Source: Sminthopsis crassicaudata (Eukaryota). From it: a stretch of 64,000 nt of DNA. The stretch covers positions 193,161,198 to 193,225,197 of the forward strand of contig NC_133622.1 of the NCBI RefSeq assembly GCF_048593235.1, read 5' to 3'. Shown one piece after another: positions 1-12,800 of this stretch. Under the pieces are notes generated by a model, which saw only the letters and a program-made list of their open reading frames with translations, had not been told where the DNA came from and ran no database searches. A program made the translations under genes and the position numbers. Position 1 is the stretch's first letter, and each line of letters begins with the position of its first letter.

Positions 1-3000
1 GCTGTTGTCATTTTACTCACATCCAACTGTTTGTGACCCCATTTGGAGTTTGATTGGCAAGGATACTGGAGTGATTTGCATTTCCTTCTCAGTTCATTTT
101 ATAGATGAGAAAACTGAGGCAAGATTTGAACTTCAAGGTCTCCAAGCCCAGTATTTTGTGTATTAATCCACTTAGCTGCCCTATTTACATAATTAAGGTT
201 ATACAAAAGTTACTTTGAACCTGGAGGTATCTAGAGAGTACAAAGAGATAAAGGGCAGGAGAGAGCCAGAGAACATATTTATGAAGCTGATTTTTAGAAC
301 CCAAGTTTAAGAGTCATTTATTCCTGTTAAATTTCATCACTAGAATCAGCCCCATTGTTCTAGCTTGTTGATACTTTTTTGGGATCCTGATTCTGTCATT
401 CAGTATGTTGGTTATCCTTTCCAGCTTTGCATCATCTACATGTAACTCGGGCCTAGAGCTCTGAGTTCTCATGAATGTGATCTCATCTTAGGCGTCACCC
501 TAAAAAGTTCCTTTCTCTTCAGCTCATATTATTTGTGTCCAAAGTTTATTCTCAGAAATCTGCATATAAGGTTCATAGCTCGGTCACCACTGATGTGGGT
601 GATAGGGCCCTCAGTATCTCTATAAGCTTTCAGGACATTAAAAGCATTATCAGATTTTGGATAGACTTTGTTTCATCCCAAATAAAATGTACAAAATGCA
701 AAGGACTAACAGAAATCCATAAATAAATGTAGAAAACACATAAAGGATTTGCAAGAGCTCACAAGTAATAAAAACAGGTCCTCTTTCTGATGGGTCCCAC
801 CTTCCCATACAATTCCCCTCATCATCCTACTATCACTGGGTAGTTTGGACTCTTCCCAGAAAGGAAATATACTTTGGGGAAGCTAAGCAGGCAAAGCCAC
901 AATACTACAAATCTCTCTTACATTTCATAGACAGTCTTGAGGATATGTGTTCCTGAGGGATAGAAACCCCAATATCTCAGATCTTTTATTTCCCCCACCC
1001 ATGCTCTCCTTTTAACTCAGGCCAAATGGATAATCTTTTTTATTTTTCAAAGCAGCACAGTCCTTAGGAAGTTGCCCTTTCTGGAACAAAAGCCCAGGAC
1101 CTGAATTTTTGGTCTTCAGATGCTATTCAGAAGCCAGTAATCTCTATGGTTAATGATGCCTGAGAAATATTCATTCTCTCTCTTGTAGAGGGCTAGAACT
1201 TTGGAGAAATATACTTGAAACAAGGATACTTACAACAAGGTGTTAACTCAGTGGAATTGATGAGATGATGGTTCAACAGTACTTAGTATGGTGATGTAAT
1301 AGTTCTCTAGCTTACACATATTCAGTATGCTGCAATGATGTAATTGTAATAGGATATTTAAGGACTGAGAAGGACTGGAAAAGAGACATTCTATCTTTGA
1401 CCAGCCTCGTGGAGGCTGTCCTGCCTTCTTCACTAAGACCAAGAACTCGGACTTGTCCCAAAATCCTCCAGAAAGCTAGCCTGGACATTACACTCTCTCT
1501 TTCTTAAAAACTGAATTTCAGTAGCATACAACATAGGAAATCTCCCTGAGAGAAATCCTAGCAGGATAAATTCCTGGATTCCTGAATTTAGGTTCTTTTT
1601 GTAAGACAACCCTCAATCTGTATCTACCCATGAAATCACCCATCTCTAGCCGAATGAATGAATGTCTGCATTCTGCCTTCTCTAGCTAAAGGCCAGATTC
1701 TAATACTCACTAACTTAAAAGAGGTTTTTTGTAAATCATCCTCAGAATTAACATTATTGAAGAAATTCTCCTATCCCATGCAAAAGCACATGCCTCCTTC
1801 TGCCATGGCACAAAGTTGTCATTAACAACCTCTTGGGAACTCAACTATTAGGCTATCTCTCCAAAGATAACAGAAGGGAGAAAGGCAAAATGCAGTTTTA
1901 AGTGGTCTATCATCTCTCTCTTATAGGCCAGAGTAAAAGAGATGGCTCCAGAATAATTAATCAAATAAAAATGGGATCCTACTAAATTAATTTAGTGGCA
2001 GCTCTAAGGCTCCAAGGATGGTTCCAAACCAAACAGTTCATTTTGGGGTAACCTCATTCACTGAAACCCAAGCAAATCTCTTTTGTTCTCTAAATGAGAT
2101 CCCAGTAGATATGTCCAGTCTGTATAAAGAAATGAAATCAAAAATTTCAAAGGGTTACCTCCCTATAAACTCATAGAATTTATTGATCAATCCAGTTGTT
2201 TGCAAATCTAATTAGTATACAATCCAAGCTTTATGCAAGTCACTAATAAAAGCACTAGACCCAGTAGACATTCAATTAGAGACCTCCTTTCAAAACGACA
2301 TTAATGACTACATTTCAGTTTAGCCATTCAACCAGTTCTGAATCTTCCTAACTATGTCTAGTATTTCTTCCTCTCTGCCATATCCGTAAGAATAATATAA
2401 GAAGCTTTGGTCAAATGGATAATGGAAAGTTAGAGGATTGCATCTGAAATCCTTTGTCATTTACTGCCTGTATACTTAGTCAAAATCTGGGCAAACTGTA
2501 TCTATAACATTCACTAGACCCGCTGATGCATATTTCTGGATAGGCACAATACAAGAATTTGTTTTGCCTGACAATATGTATTATTAAAAGGGTTTTCTTT
2601 CCTCTTTCTGATTGAAAAAGTGTGAGAGGAAGAGAAAATAAATGCTGGTCAACTAGAAATTAAAATAAACTGAATTTTCAAAAAAAATTTATGTGAAACA
2701 TATTCTGGAATTTATAGGCTTATAGATTATCATCTCTGCCTACCATTATTAGTTTCTTTCTTTTTTTAATCAAGACAACCTTTGCCCTTTTCTAGATCCA
2801 CAACACCTTTCTCTTCCTCTATAATATTTCAAAGACCAAAGCTTACAATGTTTCAGCAATCATATCTACCATTCCTTTCAGTATCTTGGGATGTAGTTCA
2901 CTGGGGCTAGTGACTTGAATTAATCATATAGAAGTGAATCAGACAGAAAAAAAATATATGAAAAGAATTTTTGAAAAGCAGAATTGAATTTGAAAAGGAG

Positions 3001-3874
3001 AATTGAAGGAGCTCCCTTTCTTTTTTAGCTCAATGTTAAGCTACATGTTATTAAAAATAGGAGTGGAGGTAGAGTTAGTGCTTTTACCAAGACATACTAG
3101 ATTCTATATAATACTTATTTCCATCCCTTTCCTTTCTCCAAGAGGTTGAAGGTTTGAGGAAAGTAGAAAAGGCTTGGGAATGTCATTGTGGAGAATGACA
3201 TGGAGAACCAATGAGGCTGAATCAATATTTTAACAACATTTTTATCCATATAGTACCTAGCATAGTCCTTTCACGTAGTAGATATTCATTGAAAGAAATC
3301 AGTACTGTCTTATCCATGAAAAATCTCCTTACTGCTGCAGCCCTTGTCTTCTGCTGCTCTTCTTTTGTCCAGTCCTGTATTACTTGTAACACGTACTACA
3401 CAATTTAGCAAATAATTATAAACTGTCATATCTGATTCCCAACTAGAATATAAGACCTTAAGGACCCAGACATTGCCTTTTCTTCCTTTGCAGTTCCCCA
3501 CAATATCTAGTGCATATTAGTTTGATTTTTTTCCTGATAATTTTTCTTTATGACTATCAGAATTATTTTCCAATATACCCACCCAATGATTGGAAAAGTT
3601 TGAGCAAAACCCAACAAACCTTAAAGCAACTATATCTCAAGAAGTACTTACTGACTTAACTGCCAACACTTTTTTATGTGTACATTGCTGACTATATAGA
3701 ACATCTTAGCAAAAGATAGGTTGACTAATTGTTGAATATGGGAAGCTACACAAATAAAAAGTGGTCATTTGTCTCCTTAAATCACATACTGAGCAAGCAT
3801 TTGGATTATGTTTTCTGTTACCTTATATGAGAAACTTAGAAAATGAATTTTTAAATTATTTCTATCTTTTGCAG

Positions 3875-6800
3875 AGTGTTCCATTCTGGGAACTGAGATT
3901 GACCTTCAGATCATCGAAAATGATATTGTGAGCATAGAGAGTTTCTTCAAAGCTTGGCTACAAAACAGTGGGACAGACCAAGAGCATCTCCATCTTCTCC
4001 TTCCTTCACAATGTTTCAGCAACTTCTCCAGTGCCAGATCGGAACCAAGTACAGTATCCTCAGTATATACACAAGAAAAGGATAATATAGAATAATATAG
4101 TATATAACTATACTAGCTATATATAACTAGCTATATATAGTATATAACTATAGTTCTATACTGGTAAGAATAGTATAGAACTCATGGTGAAAGATAGAAG
4201 AAAATAGCTAGTAAATGACATAGTTGAGAATGGAAGATTCTAGTGCATCAAAAGTTCAGATTACTAGTAGTATATATTAGCATATATCACCTATATAGCT
4301 TACCAATTTAAAAAGATTTATAAAGAAAATAATCACTTTATAAATCATAAAGTGCTATATTAAAGAATTATTATACAGTGAAATATTTATTATTCTAATT
4401 TTATAAGCAATGCTGAGCATAATTTCATATTTTTTTGGTATTCTTAATATGGATCACAATCTTATAGGGCTTCAGAAGCATCATTTTAAATATCAGTCTG
4501 CCCCAAACTGGTGAAGCACAAGCAAAGCAATGAATAATGATTTCCAATTGTTAGAATTGCTGGAATCCAATTGATTCTAAATTCTCATTTCCAATGATAC
4601 AAACATAGTTTGTAGTTTTGTATCTAATGAAGGACTTCAGTGTATTGTAGCACATAGAGATGAAATTTGTGATGCTTCCTCCCCTATAAGCTTCAGCTGA
4701 AAGATTTCTTTTGCTAAAAGCAAAATATCTGAGGAAGTCTGAACTTGTCTTGCTGACCACTTCATGTTTCAGCAGAGAGAGGAAGCAACAAAGGGAACTA
4801 CTTCTCTGGACTTAATTCTGACTAACAAGGAAGTTGGTGATATGGAAATGACAGGAACTGTGCAGGGCTGACTCCCTAAAGGTTTCGGGGTTGGTACTGG
4901 CAGTAGCCAAGCATGAGAGCAGAGGAACTTACTTTGGGTCCTTTTGGCCTTTCCCATTGTGTTGGCTCTGCCTGGAACCCTGGCTAGAATCCCCTGGACT
5001 TTCCCCCGTGGTATCCTGGTCCCTGTTCCTCCTTGATTCCTCCAGCTAATTTCAAAAATAACCCTCCATCAAACTGGGCCACTTTCCATAATGGTCCCTG
5101 AAAAACCACACCACTTTTGGGGAGGAGGGCACAACCTTGTCATCTTAGAGTTAATAATTGCCTGAAAAGGGACTCCTGTATATTGCTAAATTTGTACCTT
5201 GAACTTTTGGAGAGCAGATTTTAAAGAGTTCAGAATAAAAGATATATGGCCAGAGATTCTCAAAGGAAATGCTGCTAGGAAAGATGAGGCTCTCAGAAAC
5301 AGAATTCTAATAATAAAATCACAAATTGTAGAGACAGAGGGGTGGAGTGGATAGAGGGCCTCTCTTTGAAATCAGGAGGACATTGGTTCAAGTCGAAAGT
5401 TGGCTTCTTATTGGTTGTCTAAGTCATTTAAACTCTCAGTATTCTGAGAAGCTGCCTCCCAGGATTCGTGAAAAGAGTTTATTCACTGGAAGTTCCCTGC
5501 ACCCGTGAGTCACAGGTTTAGTCCTATTCCATCCACAATCACAGATTAGGGGGGAAAGAGGGTTTGTCTAAAGATAAAGCTATGGATTCATAGACAGTCT
5601 TTTAATTGACTCATTTAAAAGTACATGTACTGTATAAGACTGCCTCCCATCTAGGGGAAGGGGTGGAGGGAAGGAAGGGAAAAATCAAAACAGAAGTGAG
5701 TGCAAGGGATAATGTTGTAAAAAATTACCCATGCATATGTACTGTCAAAAAAAAAGTTATAATTATAAAATTAAAAATAATAAATTAAAAAAGGAAAAAA
5801 GTACAGGTACAAAAATCAGAAGAATAAATAAAAGAAATGGGATGAACCTACAAAAAGATTGTCAAGAAAACTAAAATCTAAAATGAACCAATATTTCAAA
5901 AAAAGAGAGAAAATGCTGACAACACAAAGATATTGAGCTGTGTTCAGAAGAGGAAGTAAAGAACAAAGAAGAGTAGGACTGATCTTTTCTTTAATTTTAA
6001 CATGATATTTTATTTTTCCCAATTATATGTTAAAACCAATTTTTAATATTTGATTTTTCTTTAAATTTTGAATTCCAAATTTAGCCCTCCCTCATCCCTC
6101 CCCAAGATGCTAAGCAAATATAGGTTATACTTATACAATTCTGTAAAATATTTCCACATTAGTCATTTTCTATAAGAAGACTCAAATAAAAAAGAAAGAA
6201 AGAAAAAATGAAAAATAGCCTGCTTCAGTCTATATTCAGACAATATCAGTTCTTTCTCTGGAGGTGAATAGTATTCTTCATCATTAGTCCTTTGGAATTG
6301 TCTTGGATCATTGTATTGCTGAGAATAGTCAAGTCATTCACAATTCTTCATCATTCAGTATTGTTATTGTGTAAAACATTCTCCTGATTCTGTCACTTTA
6401 CTTTGTATAAGTTCCTGTAAATCTTTTCAGGCTTTTTAAAAATTATCCTGCTAATCATTTCTTAACATAATGATATTCCATCACAATCATATACCACAGC
6501 ATTCTTGACTCTGGTTGTCTTTTGTTGTTGTTTTGTTTTAGCTTTTTTCAAGAGGTCTTTTCTATAATAGTCAATGATCATCATACTGCAAAATATAAAA
6601 TAGACATAGTTATGAAATCCATTTCCCCTTCTACATCCTCCTATACTTGAACTCATTCTCCCTGCCTGTCCCTCTAGTCACTTTTTTTCACCATTCTCTG
6701 TTCTCTGGAGAGCAGATTTTTCTGTTATCTCCCTTTTCCAGAAATATTCATTCCATCTTCTGGCCAAAATGAAACTTCCGTTCCTTTTGATAACAAAAAT

Positions 6801-9800
6801 ATGTCAAGGAGACTACCAGTCTCTACAAGCCAAAGCAATAGAAAACTAGAGATCTCTCAGAAAAAATTAATAGAGGCCAACAACCTGAAGGACACATAAT
6901 AAGGAAACTGCCAAAAGTATTGAAAACAGAATTTAGAGGACAAATCTATTAAGATCTGTAGGCTGCCAACATAAAGAGTTTAACAGAAATATAGTTACCA
7001 GATTTCAGGGTTTTGCAATCAAGGAGAAAATCAATCTTGAAAGCAGCCAAGAGGAAGTGAGCTACAAATCAGCAAGCACCTGTTCAGATGGTGAAAAAAC
7101 AGGAAATGAAAGAAGAGACCAGAATGTGATATACTGAAAAGCCAGGGGAAACAGTCTGTTCTCTAAGATTGACAGTCCTGAAAAACTAAGACAATTCCAA
7201 CATGGAAAGGTGATTCTTTTATAATATCATAAACTTGATCATTTCCTGAAGACAGAACCAGAACTTGGCAGAACCTTTGATATAAAAATTGGTTAAACAG
7301 ATTAAATATAAACAAAGTAGTCAGAAACTGCATGCAGAGAAGGATTAAGTGTTAATATACTTAAGGAACTAATAAGTGTTTTTGTAACTTTTAAGTCAAA
7401 AGTGGCATAAAGGTCCCTGAAAAAAACAAAGGCTGAAAATTTGAGGAATCTCTTGAAAATAGGACAGAATCTGAACATCAACAGGGAAGGAGTTGGAAGA
7501 AATTCAGTAATTTTTCTTGACATTAAATGCCACTTTTTTCAACAGTGAGGTGATGATGCAGGCCGATTTCAATAGACTTGTGTTGGAGAGAGTTATCTGT
7601 ATTCAAAGAAAGGACTATAGGAACTGAATGTGGACCATAACATAGTATTTTCACTTTTTGTTGTTGTTTGCTTGTTTATATATATATATATGCACCTGGG
7701 GCAGCTAGGTGGCACAGTGGAATTCAGGAGGACCAGAGTTCAAATGTGATCTCAGACACTTAACACTTCCTAGTTGTGTGACCCTGGGCAAGTCACTTAA
7801 CCCCAGCCTCAGGAAAAAAGAAACGTTGAACAAGATCGTTTCAGAAAAATCTAGGAAGACTTATGTGAACATTTGAGAAGATTTATATGAACTGATGCAA
7901 AGTAAAGTAATTAGAACTTGGAGAAAAATTTATATAGTAACAGCAATGTTATAAAGATAATTTGAAAGACATATTGACCAACTAAAATTTCAGAGGACTC
8001 GATGAAATGTGCTGCATACCTCTAGATGGAGAAGCAATGGAATTAGAGTGCAAATTAGAACATGATTTCTCCTATTTCTTTTTCTTTATTTGTTTTTTGA
8101 ACATGACTAATAAAGAAATGTATCTTGTATGACTATATTTGTAATCAATTTTAGTTTTCTTGCCTTCTCCATGGGTAAAGAATGGGGAGAGAAGAGAGAC
8201 AGAATCCAGAATCAAAATTAAAATAAAGTTAAATTAAGAAATGAAAAGCATTAAATTACTTGAGGTAATTGTGACTGAAAGATGCAGGCCGAAGTTCTTG
8301 TCAGAAAAGAAAAAAAAGAAAAAAAAAAAGGTTGATACTCATTAATTAAGGAATAGTGAACCAATTATGTTTTGAATATACTTAAATATCACTGTGCTGT
8401 AAGAAACAATGAATAAGATGAATATGGAGAAGCATAGAAAGGCTTAAATGAACTGACACAAAAGGAACCTGAAAAGTAATACACATAATGACTACAAAGG
8501 AAAGAACAAAATCTAAGCTGAATATTCTGAAATCATCTAATCTCAGCCTCAAGCAGAATATGAGAACATACCTCCACAGTGTGGGACACTGAATAAAACA
8601 GACTTTTTACATGTTAGTTTTTCTGAACTTTCTTTTTCCTTTCTCTTCTTTTCTTTTGCTGAGGAAGGAAGGTGATGCAATAAATACAGGGCTAGACCTG
8701 GAATCAGGAGAGTCTGGCCTTAAATCTGACACTTTGTGTTCCTGGGCAACTCATAATTTCTATTTGCCTTAGTCTCCTCAGCTGTAAAATAGGAGAAATA
8801 ATAGTACCCACCTCTCAAAGTTGTTATGAGGATCAGAAATATTTAGAAAGTGCTTAGCAATAAGTGCTTCTTTTCTTTTTTTTTTTTTCTTATAATAGGG
8901 AAGGCTTTGTGAGAGATATGTAGGAAAACATGATAGAAAATGTAAAATGATATAAAATCCAAAGATATATATATATGTATTTAAATATTGAATTGTTAGA
9001 AAGCATTTTTATATTTGATCTGGGCCAAGGGAAATGGGATTTGTATTAGTGCTAGGGCTAATGGTCCCTACTTCTCTATTGCTTGAAAACAAAACAGTAG
9101 GAGAAAACAACAATAATAAGAGGATCAGATAGAATGTAAGTATAAACAAAAGTGAAAATAGCATGATTGATTTAGAAAATCCTACAGAATAAACCAAAAA
9201 AGAGAAACTCGGTGCCTTAGTAAAGTACCAGGATGCAAAATAAATACACAGAAAAACATTATCATTTCCATATATTACTAACAAAAACTATTAAAATGAA
9301 ATAAAAAGAAGAATATAATTTAAAGTAACATTAAAAAGCATGCTAAGTATTTTTGTTAATCTACGAAGACATATGTTATTTATATAAATGCAACTTAAAT
9401 ATTCAAACATTGGTGTGGATGTCCCTTCCAACAATACATACTGCAAATCAGCCATCTCTGATTCTTCTGTGCAATTCTTAATACATAATATGACTAAAAC
9501 CATTTTCCTAGAAACAAAGGAAGACTTCACAAAGTTCAGAGATACTTGATACCTTGCCTAGGCCACACTGATAGTGATAGAAAAGTTCAACCTGGCCAAG
9601 TTAATTGGTAGATTTGCTTCTTTGCCTTTCAAATTACCAAAAGGCTACTTTGTAGAAATAAAACAAAATAGTAGCACATCATATACAAGTATAAATGGAC
9701 AAAAAAAAATACCTATGAAAAAAAAAGTTGTATTAAGGTAGTAATTATCAAGATTGTGGCATTAAATATGAAAACTGAATACTTTGACAGTGGAATAGAT

Positions 9801-12800
9801 AAAATAAGCAAGACTTTGGAGGAAATGCCTAGTGCAGACTAATTTTTAATAAACTTAGAACTGTGAGATACTAAAGAAAGAGTTCAAAAATTGCAAGGAG
9901 AATTGTATAACAGTCATCAGCTAAGTGGCACAATGTATAGAGCACAGATCCTAGAGTCAGGAAGCCTCATTTTCCTAAGTTCGAATCTGGCCTCAGATAC
10001 TTACCATCTCTGTGACCCTGGATAAGTCACTTAACCCTCTTTGTCTTAGTTTCCTCATCTGTAAAACAAGCTGTAGAAAGAAATGGCAAACTACTCTGGT
10101 ATCTCTGCCAAAAAAATCCCAAATGTTGTCAGAAAGAGACAGATACAATTGAAAATGTTCATAATTAACTGTCATCCTTAATAAGATTTTATAAGTGAAT
10201 ATGTATATGTAAACACACATATACAATCTTAAACAGGAAGCCTTTGGCTTCCATCTCTCTCAACTTGACAAGGTTTGCTGACAAGGTTTCTTGTCAATTG
10301 ATTTGCATTGGTTAAATGTTGATATAAAATAAAATACATCTGTCATTTCTTCTCTCTATTATGTATCTTTCATTATCATTTATTTATATAAATAGTTCAA
10401 GATTAATTTGTTTCAAGTGTGTTCCATATTTTCTTCTCCTTCTTCTTTTGACTCTTTATTAATTAGGATCTTTGCTCTAATACATTGTCAGTCTGCCTAT
10501 ACCCAGACAGTCCATTTAAAGATAACTTCTACATCCATAACAAGTGCTGGTCTGTCTGTTAAAATATAATCAATTCTATTTTTTATTATGGGATTCACCT
10601 CCAATGTCTATCAATTATTTTCTCAAATAAATTATCTATAATGTAATGGTGTCTACCCATACCCAGTACCACACAGCAAGCATCCTGTCTATGTTTCTCC
10701 CATCCACCAGGAGTGATTAAAAGATGTGACTTTATGAACATTATAATCCTTCAAAGACCCAATGGCAGATCCTCCAACCAATTCAACTTCAACCTTCAGT
10801 TCCTAATTTTTTTCTGTGTAACTAGCAATTGGGTAAATTTTGATAGTGAAAAACCCAAATAGTTTAAAAATTATACCATCAATCTTTTTTGAGGTTGATG
10901 ATGATCATCATCATATAAAACAGTGCTTAGAATCATAAAAAAATCAGAGAATAAAAATTAAACCTGCTAAGGTAGTCCTTTAGCTTATCAAATTAGCAAA
11001 GAAATTAAAAGATAGAAAAATCAGGATTTGTAGAGTACTGGTACCCTGGGGGTGAAGAGGGAGGCATCCACTGCTAAACTAATTTACTGCTTGTAGAACA
11101 CTGAATTTATCCATCATTGTGGAAAACAATTTAGAATTTTACAAAAAAAAAAAGTTAGAAAATTGTTCTATTATCATAACCTTTGTGCAGGTGATGTCAA
11201 TATTGGGTTTTTACTTCTAAGAAGGTGATAAACAACAAGAAAAAAACCTATCAGCAAAAAGATATTTCTAGTAGTGCTGTTTACAAATGTAGTTTAATAA
11301 CTGGAAACAAACTATTGATCTAGTGAAAGGCTACATCATAAGGAATGACAAAAAGTGAAGAATCAAAAGAATCAAGGAAATATGGGAAGAATTATATAAA
11401 GCAATGTAGCACAATCAAGCAGAATCAAAGAAAAATAAACACATTTACCACAACTTTGTAAATGAAGGTCATTTTAAATAGCAACAGAATTTAGATTGAA
11501 AACATGGGACAATGTGGATATTTAAACAGTATATACCCATTATTTTAAAAGAAAAAAACTATTAACATGAAGTTGCATGTGCAAGCAGTCGAAATCACTT
11601 TTTTAATGTTTTGCTTTACTGATTGTGGGATATATAATCAGAGACAATGGAGTCAGGAAAACCAAAAATTACCAATCTTTTTTTAAAAATTATAATATTT
11701 TTATTGCTCTGTAAGAAATGACCAGCAGGAGGAATACAGAGAGGCTTGGAGAGACTTAAATCAACTGATGCTGAGTGAAATGAGCAGAACCAGAAGATCA
11801 CTGTACACTTCAACAACAATACTGTATGAGGATGTATTCTGATGGAAGTGGAAATCTTCAACATAAAGAAGATCCAACTCACTTCCAGTTGATCAATGAT
11901 GGACAGAAATAACTACACCCAGAGAAGGAACACTGGGAAGTAAATGTAAATTGTTAGCACTACTGTCTATCTACCCACGTTACTTATACCTTCAGAAGCT
12001 AATAATTAATGTGCAACAAGAAAGTGGTATTTACACACATATATTGTATCTAGGTTATATTGTAACACATGTAAAATGTATGGGATTACCTGTCATGGGG
12101 GGAGGGAGTGGAGGGAGGGAGGGGATAATTTGGAAAAATGAATAAAAAAAAATTTTTTTTTTAATTAAAAAAAAAAGAAAAGAAAAAAAATTATAATATT
12201 TTTAAATGGAGGGAAAAAGGAATTAGAATGGTAGAACACTGCCATCCATCACTCAGAAGAATACTGCAATACCTCCTTCATTTGGATTCTACCTCTGGGG
12301 CAATCCTAAAGACTTTTCATCTCTGGACATATGGGTAAACAATCCTCCTAACCAGGAACAATTTAAAAATAAAACGCTTCAGAGGCCTAGAAAAATTTAC
12401 ATGAACTGAAGCTGAGCGAAACAAGCAGAACCAGGAAATATACTGTACACAGTAACAGCAAGAATGTGCAATGATCAATTATGAAAGGTTTGGTTCTTCT
12501 CTGAGGTTCAGTTATCCAACACAATCCCAATAGACTTCGGATAGAAAACTCCATCAGCATCTCTCTCTAAGGAGACAATGTAAATCAACACATGCTATGT
12601 TCACTTCTTTTTTTCTGTTTTTTTTTTTCTCCTGTATTTTTTTCCTTTTGTTCTGATTTTTCCCTCCCAAAATGATTCATAAAGCAATGTGTATTAAAAA
12701 TAAACAAATTAAAAATTAAAAAAATAAAGCCTTCCAGGACTTCATTTTCCCTTCTTTGTGCTTTCCAGAACTCCCCATTTCTGCTGCCTTACAGCAACTC

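Noticed and set aside
7698-7823. tRNA-like A/B-box sequences here and at 9918 and 26398
   Set aside because: SINE heads, not tRNA genes; no cloverleaf and followed by CORE-SINE bodies.
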